Shown piece by piece: positions 37,623-46,285 of a stretch of DNA of 64,000 nucleotides. The notes beneath the pieces are model-generated. The model was not told the origin of the DNA and did no database searches. It worked only from the letters and a program-made list of their open reading frames with translations. Source of the DNA: Bdellovibrio sp. (GTDB lineage: Bacteria > Bdellovibrionota > Bdellovibrionia > Bdellovibrionales > Bdellovibrionaceae); the NCBI GenBank assembly GCA_036677065.1, contig JAKFBS010000002.1:480001-544000 (forward strand). Direction: 5' to 3'. Both the position numbers and the translations under genes were made by a program. Numbering within the stretch: the stretch's first letter is position 1; each line of letters opens with the position of its first letter.

Positions 37623-38927
37623 ATGCTGTTTGTCATAGGGTTCCTAGGCGTAATTTTGACTAGTTTTTCTGCTAATTCAGCTATCGACGCTGTGGCTACT
37701 AAGCAAGCCCCTATTTTAAGCGAACTTTTTGCCGGCCGTAAGACAAAAGAGATCCCCTTTTTTAAGTCAAAAATGAGCATTTTTCCTTCAGGGCACACAA
37801 GCCTTGATAAGCTCAATGAGCGCTTGGTCTCATCAGAAACCAGTGAAGCTTTTTACTTAGCCAAAGACGAGAAAAAAATTTCACCGACTCTTGTTCCGCA
37901 CATTACGGCTTTTCACCTGTCGCGCGTGTGGATTGAAAAATACAGCAAACGCCGGGTTAAACCGAACAACTCAACAGACCTTGCAACTATTTTATTAAAT
38001 TACGACACAGATCCATACGATCGCGGTTTAGTACTTACATTAAACGACACCAAACTTCGCGCAACTGCTGATGTAAAAGCTGCGGCTTTAAAATCTATTC
38101 CAAAATTAAATTATTTTATCCCGATTAGTTTCGAAAAAGGCTTTGTTAAAATTTTATTTAGTGGTCAATTTGGTTTTATCGACATCAACGACTGTATTTC
38201 AAAATATGATTTTGCTAAATTTGCGTATTCTTTCAAAACAAAAACCAACACTTGGGAAGTCATCAATCACCGTGAATTCGATACACTTATCACTGCTAAA
38301 AACGAAAGTCTGCAGTTAGCCGAAATCAAAGGCTTAGTAGTTGATCAAAAATTGGCGTTTGCGTTTAAAGACAATGAACATTACCCAAAATGGACAAGTT
38401 TTAAGTTAGTAAAAGAAAAAACAAAACCTTGGTTGCAAAGTGAAATTAAAGGTCATGGGTCAATCTGGTGGCAACGCCCTGACACTGAAATTGTCGGTAA
38501 AAATACGATTTCAATTGATGATCTGATCAAAAAAGAAATCTATTCAGTTTCATTTCAAGAAGACAATCCCAAAAAAGGTTTAGCCTCTGCCAATGGTGTT
38601 TTCATCACTGAAGATGGCCAAAACTGGAACGAGATCGCGCAATTCAAAGACTACTCTGGCCCGGTTTATTATTATAGTAATACTCTCATCTATGTTGGAA
38701 ATTACCGAAGCCTTGATGGCGGCAAAACATTTGAAAACTATATTCAAATTGATAAAGTTTCATCAGCAATTACAAAATCGACTGGCGTTATTCCGAAAAA
38801 AATTCAGATCACAAAAATCAAAGTACAAAAACCGTACAATGTCGTCATCGACGTGCACACAGGCACGCGCAAGGTACGCCTTAAATCCCCGATCTTCTCG
38901 CAGGATTGGACAACTGCTAAGTATTAG
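37623..38927 (+). CDS. Secreted hypothetical protein with SH3b-like segment and Asp-box repeats
   Basis: Signal-like N-terminus; TKLR..GFVKILFSGQFGFI; TEDGQNW and SLDGGKTF. Confidence 0.6.
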   Translation: MLFVIGFLGVILTSFSANSAIDAVATKQAPILSELFAGRKTKEIPFFKSKMSIFPSGHTSLDKLNERLVSSETSEAFYLAKDEKKISPTLVPHITAFHLSRVWIEKYSKRRVKPNNSTDLATILLNYDTDPYDRGLVLTLNDTKLRATADVKAAALKSIPKLNYFIPISFEKGFVKILFSGQFGFIDINDCISKYDFAKFAYSFKTKTNTWEVINHREFDTLITAKNESLQLAEIKGLVVDQKLAFAFKDNEHYPKWTSFKLVKEKTKPWLQSEIKGHGSIWWQRPDTEIVGKNTISIDDLIKKEIYSVSFQEDNPKKGLASANGVFITEDGQNWNEIAQFKDYSGPVYYYSNTLIYVGNYRSLDGGKTFENYIQIDKVSSAITKSTGVIPKKIQITKIKVQKPYNVVIDVHTGTRKVRLKSPIFSQDWTTAKY

Positions 38928-38978
38928 CAGAAACTCACCAGCTAAGTATTAGCAGAAACTCACCAGCTAAGTATTAGC
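38916..38978 (+). repeat. 25-bp tandem repeat (2.5 copies) with palindromic core
   Basis: GCTAAGTATTAGCAGAAACTCACCA at 38916 and 38941, then GCTAAGTATTAGC at 38966. Confidence 0.95.
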
Positions 38979-39037
38979 GGCTTGCCAAAGGTAATGAGAG
39001 CTCGCAATAATACAATTACACTATCCGGGGGAACATC

Positions 39038-40258
39038 ATGGTTGCAAAGAAATTTCTGCGTCTTGAGAATCTTACTTTTTTAGCTGCTATTGCCGGTTTG
39101 GTCTTAGGGTTTCTAGCGCCAGAGTTTTCTCTGAAAATCGGTTTCTTAGGCGATGTCTTTCTGACGCTTTTAAAAATGATGATTATACCGTTGATCTTTG
39201 TTTCTGTTTTTTTGGCGGTCGCCAAGCAAGCCGGACAAGGAGAGCTGTCTGGAATTGGTTTAAAAACAGTCTCTTATTTTTTCGGAACCAGTGCTTTAGC
39301 TTGTATCACAGGATTGTTGGCTGCTAATTTTTTACTACCGAATGCTTCTCAAGCTGTGAGTTATGTTGGTTACGATGCCTCAAAGCTTGGATCGATTACT
39401 TTTGAACAAGTTCTGCTTAGTTTTATTCCCTCAAATGCTGTGAAAGCTTTAGCAAATGGCGAGATCATTCAGATCGTGGTGTTTTCTATTTTAATGGGAA
39501 TTGCCTGCATTCGATTGCATTCTAAAAAAAGAGAATTGCTGGTGGATATCGCCGACGCCGGACATGATTTGATCATGACGGTGATTCAGTGGATTTTGAT
39601 AATTGCACCGATTGGTATTTTTTCGTTAGTTGCGGCGGTCATTGCAAAAACAAATTTTGAAAGTCTTTCGGGCCTAGGCTGGCTTTTTGGAGCGATCGCG
39701 TGCGCAGCCTTAGTCCACGTTTTAATAACTCTGCCAACAATTGGTTATTTCATCGGCCGCTTTCATCCTTATAAATTTATTTTTAATGTGCGCGAAGCTT
39801 TATTGGTCGCACTGGCAACGGCATCAAGTGCAGCTACCCTGCCGATATCGGCACGAGTTCTGGAAGAACAAGGTGTGAACCCAAAGACCACAGGTTTTGT
39901 TTTACCATTGGGTGCTTCGCTGAATATGGATGGATCAGCGCTTTATCAAGTGTTGGTGGTTTTATTTTTAGGTCGAGTGGCAGGTGTTGATTTCACAATC
40001 GCACAACAGCTTTTGATTTTTATGTTTGTGATGCTGTCGTCATCTGGCACAGCCGGAATTCCGGGTGGAGGCTTAGTGATGATGGGCGCAATGTTACAAA
40101 TGGTCGGCATCCCTCTTGAACTCATCGGAATTTATTTGTTAGTGGATAGATTCTGGGATCCACCCATCACAGCACTTAATGTAATGGGTGATTTATTCGG
40201 AACAAAAACCATTGATCGCTTCGTGCGAAGAGATCCGAACGTTTCCAGCACTTCCTAG
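39038..40258 (+). CDS. Dicarboxylate/amino acid:cation symporter (DAACS)
   Basis: LLKMMIIPL, TASSAATLP, PLGASLNMDGSAL, GTAGIPGGG, DRF..NVMGD. Confidence 0.93.
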   Translation: MVAKKFLRLENLTFLAAIAGLVLGFLAPEFSLKIGFLGDVFLTLLKMMIIPLIFVSVFLAVAKQAGQGELSGIGLKTVSYFFGTSALACITGLLAANFLLPNASQAVSYVGYDASKLGSITFEQVLLSFIPSNAVKALANGEIIQIVVFSILMGIACIRLHSKKRELLVDIADAGHDLIMTVIQWILIIAPIGIFSLVAAVIAKTNFESLSGLGWLFGAIACAALVHVLITLPTIGYFIGRFHPYKFIFNVREALLVALATASSAATLPISARVLEEQGVNPKTTGFVLPLGASLNMDGSALYQVLVVLFLGRVAGVDFTIAQQLLIFMFVMLSSSGTAGIPGGGLVMMGAMLQMVGIPLELIGIYLLVDRFWDPPITALNVMGDLFGTKTIDRFVRRDPNVSSTS

Positions 40259-40267
40259 CTGCAGAGG

Positions 40268-41203
40268 CTACGGCGCCCACGCTCTGTAATAAAGTTGGCC
40301 GTTACTCCAACGTACGAAGACCATCATACGCGCATTGGATGCGTAGGTTGTAGCACCGGGCCCTGAAGTGACTTGCCCACCGATGTTGACCCAGTTGCCC
40401 CAGATATCGTTGATATTTCTTTTGTGATAAATATTATTGTTTGGTCCGCGCACGAAAAGATCGAGCAAGCCTTGGCCGCGACTTACAATATCTGGCGAGG
40501 AAACAGCAACGAACGTGTTACCTAGGTCGCGCCATTGACCCCAGATTCCCCCACTCCAGATACGATGATAAAGTTTTTGATCTTGATTCATTGAAACCAA
40601 ATCAAGACGGCTTGGTGACTGATATGTCGCCGCAGGATCACCGGTTATATTTAATGAGAGTATATTCCATCGTGTGCAGCACGCCTGCGGATAACAAAGT
40701 GAATGGTATAATCCGTTATCATTACCTTTGGCAAACAACTGAGGCATAATATTGTTTTCTGGTAAAGAAGGTGTTGAAAGACCTGATCCCATAGCTAAGT
40801 GTTCTGTTGAAGTGCCGGTAAGAGGCCACTTAGCCCACGGAGTAGATGTATTAAGCCCCGTTTGGTAAGTGTGCATTAGGAAAAGACTATATTGACTGAC
40901 AGCGAACACTTCGAAAAAGCTTTTTCCGTTATAAATTCGACAGGCTATTGAAGGCGAACCGGTAAATTTATGTGTTCCGGGAATTTGTTTCCAGCCATCC
41001 CAAACACCCGTACTTAACGTGCGCTTGCGGTACCACATTCTATCATCAACGCCTTTAGCTACGACGCAGGTATCACCACGAGCAGTACAAGCTGCAGGGT
41101 CATTGCGAATTTCTCCCCCCAGACTTACCCACGGCGTCCATGCGGCGAAACTAAATGCAGAAAAAAATGTGAGAGTAATTAAAACAGAAAAAACACGAAA
41201 CAT
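40268..41203 (-). CDS. Secreted PLL-like (DUF346-repeat) beta-propeller, putative lectin
   Basis: Signal peptide; Trp-rich repeats WxxLGG..PA / LDLFVRG..N..YH. Confidence 0.75.
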   Translation of the reverse strand: MFRVFSVLITLTFFSAFSFAAWTPWVSLGGEIRNDPAACTARGDTCVVAKGVDDRMWYRKRTLSTGVWDGWKQIPGTHKFTGSPSIACRIYNGKSFFEVFAVSQYSLFLMHTYQTGLNTSTPWAKWPLTGTSTEHLAMGSGLSTPSLPENNIMPQLFAKGNDNGLYHSLCYPQACCTRWNILSLNITGDPAATYQSPSRLDLVSMNQDQKLYHRIWSGGIWGQWRDLGNTFVAVSSPDIVSRGQGLLDLFVRGPNNNIYHKRNINDIWGNWVNIGGQVTSGPGATTYASNARMMVFVRWSNGQLYYRAWAP

Positions 41204-41262
41204 GTTAACCTCTTGTTAAGATTGCGGGCGTAATGCCTCGACAAATTAGCAAGAAAATTTAA

Positions 41263-41278
41263 AGCAAATAGAATGCCT
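41263..41278 (-). promoter_or_regulatory. Putative sigma54 promoter for the propeller gene
   Basis: - strand AGGCAT-TCTAT-TTGCT. Confidence 0.55.
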
Positions 41279-41280
41279 CA

Positions 41281-41320
41281 CTGATTTTTTCTTAGGATTG
41301 GGTACATGCTAAGTATTAGC
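41281..41320 (+). repeat. Decayed direct repeat of the 3' end of CDS 37623-38927
   Basis: 31/40 nt identical to 38889-38928 by hand count; reads LIFS*DWVHAKY* versus PIFSQDWTTAKY*. Confidence 0.85.
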
Positions 41321-41325
41321 CACAC

Positions 41326-43290
41326 CTAAGAAGCCTTCTTTATAAATCCCTCATCAGGCGTGAGTAGGAAATTTTGCAGCTCAATCGCCGCATTGTCCGG
41401 GTTGGAAATACTAAAGAAATGAGATTTTCCGGATTCTAAATTTATCAATATTCCTTTTTTCAAAAATTTGAAACTATAGAAGTGAAATCGATGTTTGACG
41501 GCAAACAAGTCCTTTAGTTTGAGGGAAGTTATGCGAACTGCCTCAACATTTGAAATCTGATTTAAAGGTATATGGGTTGAAAAATAGGAAAGACTTTTCA
41601 CCACTAGCTTGTCATCCATAATCATCAACTTCTTAGGCACAAATGAAAAAAATATTTGGGCTGTAGCCAATCCAATAGATATTAATGCGAAATCAGATAC
41701 GTATTCTAGAATCTGAAAATGGGCTAATCCCGTATAATTCACTACACGATCAATCAAATAGTAAGAATGAACGACGCCATAACAAGCAAAAACAAAAGCG
41801 ATGAATTCAACTAGCTTAAGTGGTGGGTATTCAACTTTTCGAATCCATCTTACTTTATCATGTTGAAAGTTTTTAGTTAGGACACTTCTGAGAAAGAAAA
41901 ATGTGCCAATGATCACGAGACAAGAAAGAATCATTGCATCATATCTAAAAAATAAAGGCGGCCTTTCAACAATCGAATAAGCGCGCACAGGGATGAACGA
42001 TTTCTTAATGATCTGGCGATAACTTGTAGAATCTATGGAAAGCAAAGCTGCATATGGCGAAGAAAATTTTCCGTAATTTTTCTTTGTTTTCTCGACATGG
42101 ATGGCTAGGTCCATTAAATCTTCAGCCTCTACTCCTCGTAGCGCGTACTGATTGAGATATAATTTTTTAGCCTCTTCAATCATTTGATCGGTAAGCGCTT
42201 CTTCTGAGGTCTCTTTTTCAAGATAGTTTTGGGCAATCTGCAAATTTTCTTCAAAATTATTGGAAGATGTTTCAAAGTTGACGCCTGAATATCCATACCC
42301 CCGAAAGACAGTGGTTCTAGCTGAAGCCGTGTAAGCCTGACCTTTTAAATTTCTGATTTTCTTCATCAGGCGGTGAGCTACATATTGCAAATAAGATTCT
42401 AGAATAGGCTCTTCTTCCATTTTGATTTGCCAAAGTTTAGCGCCTAAAAATATATTTGGATTGCTATTTGTTGTCTTCAAATCCCTATATGGTGATTCAC
42501 GCAACGTTGGCTCTACGTCAGGAGGTAGGCGTTTGCCTTCGCTATTTGGTATCTTTCCCCAATTCTGTCTTATCGCACTGAGAGTTTTTTCGCGATCAAA
42601 ATTACCTGCAATATATAAAATCATATTTGCTGGATAATAGTAATCCGCATAGTGCGCTTTCACCTGCTCTAAAGTAAGTCGTCGATTTGACAATTGTGTT
42701 TCAGTGTTAGAAAAATTCTCATGTTTGGGAATACCGAATTCACTCTCCCAAAATTCAGGTGTCCGTAAATAGGAAGGGAATAAAATTTTGGTGATATCAA
42801 ATTGTAAAAGCTCATCGACCGGACCTGGGCGACCAATTTCCAACTCTACCGTGGACTTTTCCTTGCGCACATATTCCTCAGTGATTTTTGGTTCGAGCAG
42901 CATTTTTTCAAAAATATCTAGAAGCCATGGGCCCTTCTCAGCAGGAATAGTTGCAAAATAACTAGTTTTTCTTTTTTCAGTTGTGCCGTTAGCTTTTCCA
43001 CCGGCTTCCGTAATGACCTGAAGAAAGGTCATTTCTTCATTAAGGTCTCTATCACGAAACAGCACATGTTCTAATAGATGTGAAACGCCGTTATTATTAG
43101 AATTTTCGACGATATACCCTACTCCTACTTCGAGTCTTACACTTATCAATTTTGATTGCTTACTTGGCGCTAAATACACTTGGAGGCCATTTCCTAATGT
43201 CAGTTGTTCAACTTTAGTAAACGGATCAGAGTTCGCATGTGAGCTCAAAACGATAAATTGAAATAATAAGGTATAGACGATGTGTTTCAT
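41326..43290 (-). CDS. M16 (insulinase) family metallopeptidase with C-terminal membrane region
   Basis: LGNGLQV, GVSHLLEHVLF (HxxEH), ANGTT, EKSTVELE, YYYPANM; about three TM helices near the C-terminus. Confidence 0.85.
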   Translation of the reverse strand: MKHIVYTLLFQFIVLSSHANSDPFTKVEQLTLGNGLQVYLAPSKQSKLISVRLEVGVGYIVENSNNNGVSHLLEHVLFRDRDLNEEMTFLQVITEAGGKANGTTEKRKTSYFATIPAEKGPWLLDIFEKMLLEPKITEEYVRKEKSTVELEIGRPGPVDELLQFDITKILFPSYLRTPEFWESEFGIPKHENFSNTETQLSNRRLTLEQVKAHYADYYYPANMILYIAGNFDREKTLSAIRQNWGKIPNSEGKRLPPDVEPTLRESPYRDLKTTNSNPNIFLGAKLWQIKMEEEPILESYLQYVAHRLMKKIRNLKGQAYTASARTTVFRGYGYSGVNFETSSNNFEENLQIAQNYLEKETSEEALTDQMIEEAKKLYLNQYALRGVEAEDLMDLAIHVEKTKKNYGKFSSPYAALLSIDSTSYRQIIKKSFIPVRAYSIVERPPLFFRYDAMILSCLVIIGTFFFLRSVLTKNFQHDKVRWIRKVEYPPLKLVEFIAFVFACYGVVHSYYLIDRVVNYTGLAHFQILEYVSDFALISIGLATAQIFFSFVPKKLMIMDDKLVVKSLSYFSTHIPLNQISNVEAVRITSLKLKDLFAVKHRFHFYSFKFLKKGILINLESGKSHFFSISNPDNAAIELQNFLLTPDEGFIKKAS

Positions 43291-43299
43291 TCACAAAAT

Positions 43300-43325
43300 A
43301 TCGGCTCTATAACGGCACAACTAAA
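43300..43325 (-). promoter_or_regulatory. Putative sigma28/FliA promoter
   Basis: - strand TTTAG-N16-CCGAT, 9 nt before ATG 43290. Confidence 0.55.
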
Positions 43326-43493
43326 GTAAAATTTATTGAGTGCTTTTCAACTTCTAAAAGAGGCTACACTGCTCTAAATAGATTGATATTGTTAAGTAAA
43401 ATTCAAATTTGTCTCAATACAAGATTAATCTTTTAGCTTAGCGCTTCCGATAAAGGTTAACTTATTTAGTTGGCATTATAAAATGGAGCGTTT

Positions 43494-44168
43494 ATGCCGT
43501 ATAAAAACCTGAGTATTTCAGTTTTAATAGGCGGCGTGTCCTATGTAGCACTGTTAACTTTTCTAGCGATTTACGATTTTACTGCACTATTCGATATTCT
43601 GGCGACTAGATTCGTCGCGGTTGCATTTGGAGTAATCGGGGTTTATCAATTGGTAGATACTCAAACCCGTCAAAAAAAGTATGTTTTTCTTTCTATTATT
43701 CTTATCATACTCTGTCATTACCTATTACAGTTAGTCATCCATAGAGATCTCCTCGCTGCTTTAAATGCAGGTTTTATCCAGACAGGCATATTGATTTCAA
43801 TTATTTGTTACATAGTCGCAAGTATAAAAATACAAACTATCGAAGCTAAAGAAAATCCAAAGAAGATTTCACCCGAACAAGCCTTTGAGCAAGTTAAAAA
43901 TTACAGAATGAACCCAGTTATCCGACCATTTGGAGTGTTGATGGGTTTGATTTTAATGTTTTTTCCAGTTCTGATAGCCTTTGAAGTGGTGAGTGAGACA
44001 TCTAAGAATTTCGATATCGGCCTGGCAGAAATTATAGTGTTCGGATTACTATTTCTGTCTGCACCATTGATGGGTTTTATGTTTTTAGCTTATAGCATTC
44101 CCGGGAAAACACCCAAGTTTGAACTGAATCGTATCGAAAAGAAAATTAAGAAACTAACTAACTTATAA
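43494..44168 (+). CDS. Membrane hypothetical protein
   Basis: About six hydrophobic helices; GGAG RBS. Confidence 0.7.
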   Translation: MPYKNLSISVLIGGVSYVALLTFLAIYDFTALFDILATRFVAVAFGVIGVYQLVDTQTRQKKYVFLSIILIILCHYLLQLVIHRDLLAALNAGFIQTGILISIICYIVASIKIQTIEAKENPKKISPEQAFEQVKNYRMNPVIRPFGVLMGLILMFFPVLIAFEVVSETSKNFDIGLAEIIVFGLLFLSAPLMGFMFLAYSIPGKTPKFELNRIEKKIKKLTNL

Positions 44169-45101
44169 CCCAAAGTGATCAAAAATTCGTAGCGCTACGA
44201 CAAATTCTTCCTCTAAATCCAGAGGGTCGGCTGGTAAGTACAATGTATCAGCCGTATCGCGTACTTGAATTTTTTTGAGCTTTTGCTGCCCCGATTTCCA
44301 GTAAAGATCTTGCCATACAGGGTTCGTCACGCGCACGAAAAGTTCGCTCAAACCTAATGCGCGTTTCACGGCTTTACGGTTTAAAGCTTTTTGCCCAGGT
44401 AAAACGTAATCAACGGCTGCAGCCACATCGTCGTAGTGCATACCTTCAAGCGCATAATAAGTGGCAGCCAAGATAGCTAATAAATATTTGCGGTATTCAG
44501 CTCGAGTTTCACTTACGGGGCTATCTTTAGCGCCCGGGTGATAAATCACCTTCATACGTTCAAAAGCTGTTGAAAGTTTCATACCCAACTGATCACCTAA
44601 CGCCATATCAAGCGTGACTACAAGGCTTTCGGCAAAGTTTAAATAGCGTTGCACGTCTTCTTTTTCTTCAGGTACGGGCGGAAGTTCGCGCCAAATAATA
44701 CGGTGATTCTGCTCGTGAAAAATTGAAATTTCGGTAAACTGCATGAGCGAATAAATCTGTTTATCAGCACCGCGGACTTGATAACCAAACTCACGCAGCC
44801 AGTTTAATTCAGACAAAGCCGGAGTGTATTCAATCTGGTTTTTAAATAAATCATGTGTGCTTAAACCGCGCATGGTTGAGCAAAGCGCCGGTGAAAACAC
44901 GCCACCTAGTTTTAAATAAAGTTTACGGCTTTGACGATACAAAGCACTTAAATTTAACAGCTGCACATCAAACGGAAGTTCGCTGACTACAAGTTTGGGA
45001 AGTTTTTGAACGATTGGAACTGCAAAAAGGAGGCTCGCATCTGTGATGAAGTTTTTAACTTCTTTTTTTAGCTTTTGTTTTGCCGCAGTCATTTTAGCCA
45101 T
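44163..45101 (-). CDS. Hypothetical protein with HExxH motif
   Basis: IFHEQNHRIIW followed by FAES. Confidence 0.65.
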   Translation of the reverse strand: MAKMTAAKQKLKKEVKNFITDASLLFAVPIVQKLPKLVVSELPFDVQLLNLSALYRQSRKLYLKLGGVFSPALCSTMRGLSTHDLFKNQIEYTPALSELNWLREFGYQVRGADKQIYSLMQFTEISIFHEQNHRIIWRELPPVPEEKEDVQRYLNFAESLVVTLDMALGDQLGMKLSTAFERMKVIYHPGAKDSPVSETRAEYRKYLLAILAATYYALEGMHYDDVAAAVDYVLPGQKALNRKAVKRALGLSELFVRVTNPVWQDLYWKSGQQKLKKIQVRDTADTLYLPADPLDLEEEFVVALRIFDHFGL

Positions 45102-45107
45102 GATAAT

Positions 45108-45554
45108 TTAGTTATCTTCCACATAAGCTTTTAATTCTTGCAGGTGATCGTTCCAGCCCATTTTAAAATCAAGCATCAGTTGTTTGCTTTGATCTTTAGA
45201 AAACTGATCCCAACCTTCGTGGTTTACATTCACATCGCAAAAAGCACCGTCTTTGATAATTTTTATTGTACAAACGGTCACTGTTTTTTGCGGCCAATCT
45301 TGCTCTTTCCAGGTAAATTGAATTTCTTCATTCACTTTAAAACTTTTCACGCTACCAGTGGCTAATTGTTTAGTTCGTTTGTTGTCTTCCCACGGTTCGC
45401 GAAACACTCCATTTTTTTGTGCCTGCAGGCGTACACCTTCGCCCCACCAGTTTTCAAGCTCATCTGAGTCTGTTAAAGCTTCCCAAATAGCTGCAGGAGA
45501 GGCTTTAATTTTAAGGGTTAGTTCGATTTTTAACGGGGTTGTCGCTTGGGTCAC
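45108..45554 (-). CDS. SRPBCC/AHSA1 domain protein
   Basis: IKASPAAIWEALTD..LENWW, FTW, HEGW, GWNDHL. Confidence 0.9.
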   Translation of the reverse strand: MTQATTPLKIELTLKIKASPAAIWEALTDSDELENWWGEGVRLQAQKNGVFREPWEDNKRTKQLATGSVKSFKVNEEIQFTWKEQDWPQKTVTVCTIKIIKDGAFCDVNVNHEGWDQFSKDQSKQLMLDFKMGWNDHLQELKAYVEDN

Positions 45555-46285
45555 GGGGCATCCGTATATACATCATTCATCATTTTATAGATTTTTTCTT
45601 GTAACGCCGTACGATCTGCATTCGTAAGACCTACTGTTGGAACCGGTTTTAACACATGCACTTCGATTGTACGCTTCCAGCGATCTGAATTGGCAGAAAG
45701 TTTACCTTTAGGCCAAACTGCATAAGCACCCTTAATCACAACAGGTACTAGCGGCACTTGCGAAGTTATACCGAAAACAAAGGGCCCGGCCTTAAAAGGT
45801 AAAAGTTTTTCATCATCATGAAAACGGCCGCCTTCAGGCGATAAAGCAAAACGCTCACCTCTGGCAAAACGCACTTTAGCTTCTTCATAAACTTTAAAAA
45901 CTTCTTCGCGGTTACCGCGCGCAATCGGAAGAGTTCCGAACCGGCGCATACACGCGCCAAAAACCGGAATCTTAAATAATTCAATTTTAGCGCCGAAGCG
46001 AATATTATATAAACTTCCGCAAAGAGCAAAAATATCCATAAAGCTTGAATGATTAAATAATATTACAGCACCTTGCTTAGGATCTAAGTTTTCGCCGCCG
46101 AACACTTTTAATTCTACGTTGAAAACTAAAAATGTTAGCTTAGCCCAAGTGGTCATAATCCAATTATCAAAAGACCTGCGATTAAATAAAATATTAATCA
46201 CTACGCCTTGTGCTGATAAATAGCCGGTGATTAATACGAATAAGAAACTCGCTATCAACGAGCGAATGAGTAAAATTAGCTTCAT
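45551..46285 (-). CDS. plsC: 1-acyl-sn-glycerol-3-phosphate acyltransferase
   Basis: NHSSFMD (HxxxxD), AKIELFKIP, PEGGR, FKAG, VPLVPV. Confidence 0.88.
   Translation of the reverse strand: MKLILLIRSLIASFLFVLITGYLSAQGVVINILFNRRSFDNWIMTTWAKLTFLVFNVELKVFGGENLDPKQGAVILFNHSSFMDIFALCGSLYNIRFGAKIELFKIPVFGACMRRFGTLPIARGNREEVFKVYEEAKVRFARGERFALSPEGGRFHDDEKLLPFKAGPFVFGITSQVPLVPVVIKGAYAVWPKGKLSANSDRWKRTIEVHVLKPVPTVGLTNADRTALQEKIYKMMNDVYTDAP

Noticed and set aside
38916..38978. Possible mini-CRISPR array
   Set aside because: The 12-nt intervening sequences are identical and too short, the core is only 13 bp, and no cas genes are present
38914..41320. Integron attC cassettes or an IS element
   Set aside because: No RYYYAAC...GTTRRRY hairpin, integrase, transposase or terminal inverted repeats; the similarity is to the host gene's 3' end
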